DNA of 64,000 bases, taken from IMG/VR virus record IMGVR_UViG_3300027244_000003; one strand, given 5' to 3'. This DNA comes from a virus. The notes under the pieces are model-generated. The model did not search any database. It worked only from the letters and a program-made list of their open reading frames with translations, and was not told the origin of the DNA. Position numbers and translations under genes: made by a program. Below are positions 11,590-18,472 of this stretch, in pieces (within the stretch, counting starts at the first letter, position 1; each line of letters starts with the position of its first letter).

Positions 11590-11817
11590 ATGGATTATTT
11601 GAAAGTTCAAGGACATGATGGCTTAGTTAGAGATACCTCTACTGGAGCCATTATAAATACTAATAGAACAGAATATGAAACCTATATGAGCAGAAAAAAG
11701 ATGGCTGAGCAGAGAGAGTTAGAGATTTCTCAACATACAGAAGACATAAATATATTGAAGAACGAACTGCAAGACATAAAATCTCTTATTTTACAGCTTT
11801 TGCACAAAAAAGATTGA
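11590..11817 (+). CDS. Conserved small T4-like protein (75 aa, C-terminal coiled coil)
   Basis: ATG at 11590 just after the VrlC-like stop; KVQGHDGLVRDTSTGAIIN. The ORF-track start at 11506 overlaps the previous gene. Confidence 0.7.
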   Translation: MDYLKVQGHDGLVRDTSTGAIINTNRTEYETYMSRKKMAEQRELEISQHTEDINILKNELQDIKSLILQLLHKKD

Positions 11818-11831
11818 CTAAGGAAACTTAA

Positions 11832-13037
11832 ATGCCAAATATTACATCCGCATCTATTACGCTAAGATCGACTAAGGGTAGTCCTCTTACGAATACAGAA
11901 GTCGATAATAACTTTAATAACTTAAACACAGCCATTGCGACTGGTTTAACTGCAGCCAGCTATACCGCAGCTGATGTTCTAGCCAAACTAGTTACTGTTG
12001 ATGGTGCTGGATCTGGTCTAGACGCTGACTTACTTGATGGACTGACTACTGCTTCAGCAAATACAGCATCTACTGTTGTTGTTCGTGACGCTTCTGGTAA
12101 CTTCTCTGCTGGTACTATTACTGCAGCGTTAACTGGCACAGCGACTATCGCTTCCAGCTTGAATTATACAGTGGCTATCTCTGGTGGTGGTACTGGTGCT
12201 ACTACTGCATCATCTGCTAGATCTAACTTAGGTTTGGCAATCGGCTCTGATGTTCAGGCTTATGATGGTGAACTAGCTGCGTTGGCTTCTACCACTTCTT
12301 CAGCAAATGCACTACCTTACTTTACTGGCGCAGGTACTGCTTCTACTACAACTCTTTCTGCATATGGTCGCACTCTTATCGATGATGCAGATGCATCTAC
12401 TGCTCGTGGTACACTTGGTTTAACGATTGGTTCTGATGTTCAGGCTTATGCGGCAAACTTAGCTGCACTTGCAGGTGTTTCTGGTAATGGTCTTTATATT
12501 CGTACTGGTGCAGGTACTGCTGTTAATAGATCAATTGCAGCTGGTTCTGGTATTACTGTCTCCAATGGTGATGGTGTTTCTGGTAATCCAACGATTAATG
12601 CAAACGTATTGTCTGTTCAGGGTAATACTGGTAACGTAATCGTTTCAGTTCCTGTTACTTCTGTTCAGGGTAATACTGGTGCGGTTATTGTTTCTAACAT
12701 TGCTGGTAATGCTGCCACTGCCACCAACGCACATGCTGCACATACTTCTCAGTTCTCACACCATGCTCAGTATACTCCATGGTCTCAGGTTCAAGGTCGT
12801 CCACACCACTTATCTCAATTTGCCAACGACTTAGGTAACTATGGTGGTTGGGTTCCACATAATACTAAACATACTAACCCAGATGTCAGCTCTACCATTG
12901 GGCGAAATGCTGGTGGTGTAGGAAATTGTGGTAATATCGTATCTAGAAACGTATCGAGAATGCACTTAGATACAAACCACCATTTTGATCCTCACCATCA
13001 CCACAATAATTGTACCAATTGTAACTGTAACTGTTAA
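11832..13037 (+). CDS. Tail fibre-like protein with His-rich, Asn-Cys repeat C-terminus
   Basis: Fibre-type N-terminus [31 protein letters not shown] motif, repeats ([12 protein letters not shown] x2, SVQGNTG x2); ends [14 protein letters not shown]. Confidence 0.75.
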   Translation: MPNITSASITLRSTKGSPLTNTEVDNNFNNLNTAIATGLTAASYTAADVLAKLVTVDGAGSGLDADLLDGLTTASANTASTVVVRDASGNFSAGTITAALTGTATIASSLNYTVAISGGGTGATTASSARSNLGLAIGSDVQAYDGELAALASTTSSANALPYFTGAGTASTTTLSAYGRTLIDDADASTARGTLGLTIGSDVQAYAANLAALAGVSGNGLYIRTGAGTAVNRSIAAGSGITVSNGDGVSGNPTINANVLSVQGNTGNVIVSVPVTSVQGNTGAVIVSNIAGNAATATNAHAAHTSQFSHHAQYTPWSQVQGRPHHLSQFANDLGNYGGWVPHNTKHTNPDVSSTIGRNAGGVGNCGNIVSRNVSRMHLDTNHHFDPHHHHNNCTNCNCNC

Positions 13038-13054
13038 TAGGTAATAGGAAAACT

Positions 13055-13990
13055 ATGCAATATATAACTAAACTCCAACATCGTGCTAGATATTTGGGAT
13101 ACCCAAATGCAGTATTACCAAAACATTTCGATGATTCGGTAGGTTTAACTGGTATCACTGATCCTGTAGAATACGATAGAATATCAGCTGCTGCTGACCC
13201 AACTATTTTCGAACAGATGGAATTTGATTTTAAGTGGGATTTAAATTTAACTGGTAATATTTTAAAAGCAAAATTTATTAATGTTACCGAAAATAATAGA
13301 ATTATTAATAATTTTTCTATTGATATGTCATATTTAAGTAATGCAGACGCATGTACTCTTTGGTATATTAAAGATGATATTATTTTAAGTAATATATCCA
13401 AAGTACTTGATGCAGATGCAGAAGAACTAACTATAGTAGATACAGATCTAGTTAATTCTTTCGCAAATACTTTACCAACCAAAAATTTTAATATTTATGG
13501 AACCCATGGTTTAATAGTATTTTATGTGACTAAAGATAATCCAACTCCTGCTGATATTATCACTTGTATTATTAGACCTATAGTTAGCACAGATACGGAC
13601 TATAATACAGTTTTACCAGAAATGTTAAGAAATAATATCGAAATTAAACCACTAGGTGATTATAGAGTTACTGTTACAGGTAATTTGACTAAGCATCCTG
13701 CTGATCCTACTACATTACTGATTATTGATACACTTTTACCAGAAATAACAGTGACATCTTCAACAGTATCTGGTGATATTGTTACAGTTAATTTTACAAC
13801 AGATTCGAAAATCAATAACATTTATCTGGTCCAATCTGAAGGTTATTTACCAAAATTAAAAATCCCAGTTACTAATGGAACTGGTTCTTTTAAAGTAGTC
13901 ACAACTGGTATGGATGCAGGTGATACTATTAAAGTTAAAATGGGTTTTAAATATTGGGTTAACAGAACTGAGTTCACTAAAATATTATAA
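13055..13990 (+). CDS. Hypothetical protein between fibre and radical SAM gene; beta-rich (Ig-like?) C-terminal domain
   Basis: 311 aa ORF with AGGA RBS, 17 nt after the fibre stop. Confidence 0.6.
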   Translation: MQYITKLQHRARYLGYPNAVLPKHFDDSVGLTGITDPVEYDRISAAADPTIFEQMEFDFKWDLNLTGNILKAKFINVTENNRIINNFSIDMSYLSNADACTLWYIKDDIILSNISKVLDADAEELTIVDTDLVNSFANTLPTKNFNIYGTHGLIVFYVTKDNPTPADIITCIIRPIVSTDTDYNTVLPEMLRNNIEIKPLGDYRVTVTGNLTKHPADPTTLLIIDTLLPEITVTSSTVSGDIVTVNFTTDSKINNIYLVQSEGYLPKLKIPVTNGTGSFKVVTTGMDAGDTIKVKMGFKYWVNRTEFTKIL

Positions 13991-14007
13991 AATTTATATT
14001 TTGAACA

Positions 14008-14040
14008 TATCCTATCGGAGATAAATACTCTGATAGGATA
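14008..14040 (+). promoter_or_regulatory. 13-bp hairpin with late-promoter box ATAAATA as its loop
   Basis: TATCCTATCGGAG-ATAAATA-CTCTGATAGGATA (one G-U pair), followed by ATTTATTTT. Confidence 0.55.
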
Positions 14041-14059
14041 ATTTATTTTGAGGGATAGT

Positions 14060-15451
14060 ATGGCAACTTTTGAAATTTCAGCATGGAGTCCAGCAGAAAA
14101 GGTTACTAAGAAATTATTTTACAATAGTTCTCTTAGCACATTAAAGTGGGAAGATGGTTCCAATGTTATTGCAGATGTTAGAACACAACCTGATGTTGTT
14201 TCTCCTGCAAAGATTGAACATGGTAAAAAAGATTTAAAAACTGTTAAGATTCAACTAGGTCTTTCTTGTAACTTTGAATGTGATTATTGCAATCAAAGAT
14301 TCGTACCACATGCAGATGAAACTAATCCAAACGATGTAGATCCATTTGTATTGAATATGGACTCATGGTATGAAGGTGGGTCTGATGGATTTGGTAAAGA
14401 TACAAACTTCGAGTTTTGGGGTGGTGAACCATTTGTTTATTGGAAAACAATGAAGCCTCTTGCAGAAGCACTTAATAAAAAATACCCAAATGCTCGTATG
14501 TCAGTAATTACAAATGGTAGTTTATTAGACATAGAAAAAAATGAGTGGTTAGAACGATATAATTTTGGTGTGGCGGTTTCACATGATGGTCCAGGACAAC
14601 CAGTTCGTGGACCAGATCCTTTAGATGATCCAAAATCTAAAGAAGGTATTATAGATCTTTATAAAAGACTTGCACCAAAGCGTATGTTTAGTTTTAATTC
14701 TATGATTAACTCTAAGAATACTAGTCGTGCTGAGATTGAAAAATTCTTCTTCAATTTTGTTGATACTGAAATCGGTGAGAAATATAAACAGTTCTTAACA
14801 ATAGGCGAAGGTGCTTTCGTTGATGCTTATGATGAGGGTGGATTAGCAAATTCTTTAGTTGATGGTGAAGAAGATATTTCTTATAGAAATCAAGCATTAG
14901 AAGAATTGCGTGCTGGTAAGGTAACAAGATTTGATGTTATCGGGCAGAAAGTCGGTGGGTTTATTGACTCATTAGCGAATGGTGTTAGAATCGAATCACT
15001 ACCCCAAAAGTGTGGTATGGATAAATCTAATTCTATTGCTCTTGACTTAAATGGTAATGTTTTAACCTGCCAAAATGTAAGTCCAGTTTCTACAAATCCC
15101 GCAGGTATATCTCATAAACTTGGACATATATCTGATCTTTCTTCAACTAGATTAGATTCAGCTACTCATTGGAGTGATAGAAAAGAATGCCCAAACTGCC
15201 CAGTAGTACATATTTGCAAGGGTGCTTGTATGTTTCTTTCTGGTCCACTATGGGATGCTTCTTGTGATAATGCATTTAGTGATAATATCATCCCATTTTG
15301 TATCGCAATTGAAGAGATAACAGGATGTATCCCTGAGTATATCGAGGGTCCATTAAGAGAAGATCGTAAAGATATTTTCTGGTGGGTTAAGGGTAAACCA
15401 GAAAAGGTTAGAAAACCTAAAAAGATTATACCGATTGTGATGGCATCATGA
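14060..15451 (+). CDS. Radical SAM protein with SPASM domain (peptide/protein maturase type)
   Basis: CNFECDYC (CxxxCxxC), FWGGEP, ITNG, VSHDG; 7-Cys SPASM motif C-x13-G-x4-C...C-x2-C-x5-C-x3-C-x11-C; GAGGGA RBS before ATG 14060. Confidence 0.92.
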   Translation: MATFEISAWSPAEKVTKKLFYNSSLSTLKWEDGSNVIADVRTQPDVVSPAKIEHGKKDLKTVKIQLGLSCNFECDYCNQRFVPHADETNPNDVDPFVLNMDSWYEGGSDGFGKDTNFEFWGGEPFVYWKTMKPLAEALNKKYPNARMSVITNGSLLDIEKNEWLERYNFGVAVSHDGPGQPVRGPDPLDDPKSKEGIIDLYKRLAPKRMFSFNSMINSKNTSRAEIEKFFFNFVDTEIGEKYKQFLTIGEGAFVDAYDEGGLANSLVDGEEDISYRNQALEELRAGKVTRFDVIGQKVGGFIDSLANGVRIESLPQKCGMDKSNSIALDLNGNVLTCQNVSPVSTNPAGISHKLGHISDLSSTRLDSATHWSDRKECPNCPVVHICKGACMFLSGPLWDASCDNAFSDNIIPFCIAIEEITGCIPEYIEGPLREDRKDIFWWVKGKPEKVRKPKKIIPIVMAS

Positions 15452-15762
15452 GTAGTTTCTTTAAAGGATACGTATTAGAGATTAATCAATTCCCTAGAAT
15501 TGTAGGAAACATTGGAACTATCGAACACTATACAGTCAAAGAAGTATTTGAATTTGATAGTGATACTAAAGAATATGGGTACAGAGATAGCCTAATTCCA
15601 CTACAATCTGTTATAAATAAAGATGAGATTGACCTAAATACAATTAAAGATCTTATAAATAATAAGGTGGCTTTCTTGAGAAGAACCTTAAATTTTCAGA
15701 ACCAAACACAAGTCTGGTCTTTTGATACCAGCAAATTAGGAGAACTAAAAAATGACAGTTAA
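15448..15762 (+). CDS. Hypothetical protein (104 aa)
   Basis: ATGA overlap with the radical SAM stop; contains TATAAATA at 15612-15619, upstream of the next gene. Confidence 0.55.
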   Translation: MSSFFKGYVLEINQFPRIVGNIGTIEHYTVKEVFEFDSDTKEYGYRDSLIPLQSVINKDEIDLNTIKDLINNKVAFLRRTLNFQNQTQVWSFDTSKLGELKNDS

Positions 15763-16699
15763 AAATGTAAAATGGGTTATCGCTCATGAGCCTATTGGTT
15801 TATTTTTGAAGGTAGCCGAAGCATTTTCCAAAGAAGTTAACGAAAGAACTAATGGGAAATTTAATGTTGAGATTCTCTCATTGACTGAGTATTCTCAAAA
15901 GTACAATTTCGGTAAACAACTAACAAAACGATCTATGATGGATTTAGTTGGTTCTGGACAAGTTGAGATGGGTCACATCTATACAACTTGGCTCGCAGAT
16001 ATCAATCCAGATCTTAATGTTTTAGATTTACCATTCTTGTTTAGAGATCACGATCATGCTGATGCTATTCTTGATGGTCCAATCGGTGCTGATTTGTTAG
16101 CTGGTGTTGAGAAGAACTCTCAGATCAAAGCAATGGCATTTACATATTCTGGTGGATATCGTGTGGTTCCTGCTAATTTTAAAGCAGATACGATTGAATC
16201 TTGGAAAGGTAAAAAAGTTAGAATTAGTTCTAGCCCAGTTGCCCAAGCAACTTTCGAAACACTCGGTGCAATTGCAAATCCTAATATCGAATTAGAACAA
16301 ATGAATGAACAAGCCGATCGTGGAAACATCGATGCAGGTGAATCAACTTATGTTCGCATTTTCCCACTACAGCAAAACAAATCTTTCAAGTATGTTAATG
16401 ATACTGCACACAGTTTGTTCTTGACTTCTATTATTGTCAATGAGGCTTTCTTCAATCAGTTTGACGATGAAACTAAACAGATCATGTCTGAAGCAGCATT
16501 TAATGCAGCAAAGGCAGAACGTAAAGAATCTGTTGCAGATATTCCAAATATTTTAGATCAATGTAAAGCTGAAAAAGTTGAAGTTATCTCTATGTCTAAA
16601 TCTGAACAGAAAAAGATGCAAGATCTATTGACCCCTCTCCATGATAGATTTGAGGCTTCCTTTAGTGATGGATTAGTCAAGAGCATTAAGTCTCATTAA
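15752..16699 (+). CDS. dctP: TRAP transporter solute-binding protein (DctP family), no signal peptide
   Basis: EVNERTNGKFNVEI, LDLPFLFRDHDHA, KGKKVR (conserved Arg), DAGES and NDTAH motifs; AGGAGA RBS. Confidence 0.85.
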   Translation: MTVKNVKWVIAHEPIGLFLKVAEAFSKEVNERTNGKFNVEILSLTEYSQKYNFGKQLTKRSMMDLVGSGQVEMGHIYTTWLADINPDLNVLDLPFLFRDHDHADAILDGPIGADLLAGVEKNSQIKAMAFTYSGGYRVVPANFKADTIESWKGKKVRISSSPVAQATFETLGAIANPNIELEQMNEQADRGNIDAGESTYVRIFPLQQNKSFKYVNDTAHSLFLTSIIVNEAFFNQFDDETKQIMSEAAFNAAKAERKESVADIPNILDQCKAEKVEVISMSKSEQKKMQDLLTPLHDRFEASFSDGLVKSIKSH

Positions 16700-16720
16700 T
16701 CTAAACTAAATATATTATAC

Positions 16721-16750
16721 AGGGGATGTTTAGCATCCCCTTTTTATTTT
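16721..16750 (+). terminator. Intrinsic terminator-like hairpin
   Basis: AGGGGATG-TTTAG-CATCCCCT followed by a T-run; CTAAATA box just upstream at 16706-16712. Confidence 0.7.
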
Positions 16751-17806
16751 ATGGAAAATATAATGAAACCTAGAATTTTATATTATAACAAAAAACAAGC
16801 ACCTTTCTTAATTAATAGAGATGCTTCTTCAATGTCACCATTTTTATCTAAAACGTATACATATAAAATTTTTAATTCATATGAGACACTTGGATTAAAT
16901 AAACATAATATGGTATATGATAGATCTGGTTCTGTACCACATTATTTAAATATTGCAGAAGATGCCCACCCAATACCAGAGGTGGGTATTTCTTTTAATA
17001 AATCATTTTATCAAGCATGTGAAGAACGTGCAAAGCACCTCCTAAGTCTTAATAAAGTAGTACATGTACTTTGGTCTGGTGGAATTGATAGCACTTTTGT
17101 TTTATTCATGTTAAAGAAATTCTCCAACGATCCCGATCAGGTTAGAGTTTGGGGTACATTAAATTCTATCTTAGAATCTGGTGATATGTTTGATAGAAGA
17201 TTAAAGAATGAATTTCCTTACACTATCCTAGAACCAACAGATAATGAGTTTTCCTTTAATGTAAATGAATGTATTTTTGTCAGTGGGATGGGTGGGAATC
17301 AGTTATTTGGACCAACAGATGATATGTTCGCCACTGGTGGAACTGCTATGTTCCACCACACTCTTGGTACTCCAGAAACTATATACGAATCTTACGAGAA
17401 TAACATAGACCCTAAACTATTAGAATTTCTGGATCCAATGATAAAGAATTCTTATAGGAAAATTGAAACAGTCGCCGATCTAAGATGGTATTGTATTTTT
17501 AATCTAGACTGGTACACTGGCTTATATGAACATAGAACAATGCTTCAGATAGAAAAGACTAAAAAGATGCATGCGTTTTTTGATTCTGACGATCTACAAC
17601 GCTGGGCTATGACTACTAAAGAACCATTCACCAAAGTTCGTGGGAATGCCAATACACATCGTTGGCAAATGAGGCAAATTCTGTCCGAAGAATTCGGAGA
17701 ACGAGATTATGCTTTAAACAAATCAAAGAAAATATCAAACCTAAACGTCCAACGTCCTCAGTGGCTATTTTTACTAGACGATTTCCATAATGTCCTGATC
17801 GACTAA
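16751..17806 (+). CDS. Asparagine-synthase-like PP-loop ATP pyrophosphatase (no glutaminase domain)
   Basis: VLWSGGIDST PP-loop; SGMGGNQLFG resembles AsnB SGEGADELFG; AFFD...RWQMR resembles PFLD...KWLLR. Confidence 0.7.
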   Translation: MENIMKPRILYYNKKQAPFLINRDASSMSPFLSKTYTYKIFNSYETLGLNKHNMVYDRSGSVPHYLNIAEDAHPIPEVGISFNKSFYQACEERAKHLLSLNKVVHVLWSGGIDSTFVLFMLKKFSNDPDQVRVWGTLNSILESGDMFDRRLKNEFPYTILEPTDNEFSFNVNECIFVSGMGGNQLFGPTDDMFATGGTAMFHHTLGTPETIYESYENNIDPKLLEFLDPMIKNSYRKIETVADLRWYCIFNLDWYTGLYEHRTMLQIEKTKKMHAFFDSDDLQRWAMTTKEPFTKVRGNANTHRWQMRQILSEEFGERDYALNKSKKISNLNVQRPQWLFLLDDFHNVLID

Positions 17807-17831
17807 GTTGCAAATACAAAAATCCCTCGCT

Positions 17832-17839
17832 TATAAATA
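17832..17839 (+). promoter_or_regulatory. T4 late promoter TATAAATA
   Basis: Exact T4 late consensus 30 nt upstream of ATG 17869. Confidence 0.75.
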
Positions 17840-17868
17840 AAGAGGTAAAAGCAATTTAGGATCAGAAA

Positions 17869-18204
17869 ATGGCGACTGTTAGTAATCTATTCGTTGACGC
17901 TGGGGCTAACTACAGCAATATAATTACTGTATCCGCATCCAATGGTCAAGCACTCGATTTGACTGGATATACTGTGGCTTCTCAAATGAGAAAGTCATAT
18001 CAGTCCAGCACATCCTATAATTTCACATCAAGTATATACTTAGCAGCTTCTGGTAAGGTTAGACTTCAATTAACAGATGTACAATCTGCTAGTATTCCAG
18101 CTGGACGCTGGCTTTATGATGTAGAGATAACTTCTCCATCTGGTACAAAAACCAGAGTAGTCGAGGGAGTTGTCACAGTTAACCCACAAATTACACAGAT
18201 TTAA
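17869..18204 (+). CDS. Virion structural protein (111 aa)
   Basis: DLTGYTVASQMRKSY...GRWLYDVEI...RVVEG pattern common in T4-like tail regions. Confidence 0.65.
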   Translation: MATVSNLFVDAGANYSNIITVSASNGQALDLTGYTVASQMRKSYQSSTSYNFTSSIYLAASGKVRLQLTDVQSASIPAGRWLYDVEITSPSGTKTRVVEGVVTVNPQITQI

Positions 18205-18206
18205 TT

Positions 18207-18458
18207 ATGACAGATACAATAGCAATTGTTACCCCAGATGAAGCGTTAACTGTTGCAGTTTCCGAAGGTGTTCTTACACTTTCACAATCAAACTTAGCTG
18301 CACCAGCTGTAGTCGAATCTATGTCAAACATCGCCGATGTCGATGTTACTACGAATGGTAAGTTAAATGGATCGCTTTTAGTATACAGAACAATAACAAA
18401 TAAATGGACTGCTTCTACTACGCTTGATGCGCAGAATTTAGAAGGTGGCGAATTTTAA
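18207..18458 (+). CDS. Hypothetical tail-associated protein (83 aa)
   Basis: Tightly packed ORF; DVDV...NGSLLVY...W...LEGGEF end shared in style with fibre proteins. Confidence 0.55.
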   Translation: MTDTIAIVTPDEALTVAVSEGVLTLSQSNLAAPAVVESMSNIADVDVTTNGKLNGSLLVYRTITNKWTASTTLDAQNLEGGEF

Positions 18459-18472
18459 TCGGAGAATAAAAG

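Noticed and set aside
14060-15451. Anaerobic sulfatase maturase
   Set aside because: Same SPASM class, but no sulfatase (CxPxR) gene is in the window; the adjacent Cys-rich fibre tip is the more parsimonious substrate
14060-17806. Radical SAM + PP-loop enzyme as QueE/QueC (7-deazaguanine DNA modification)
   Set aside because: The radical SAM is about 460 aa with a SPASM domain (QueE is short and lacks one), the PP-loop protein lacks the QueC C-terminal Zn-binding Cys cluster, and no folE/queD/dpdA is in the window
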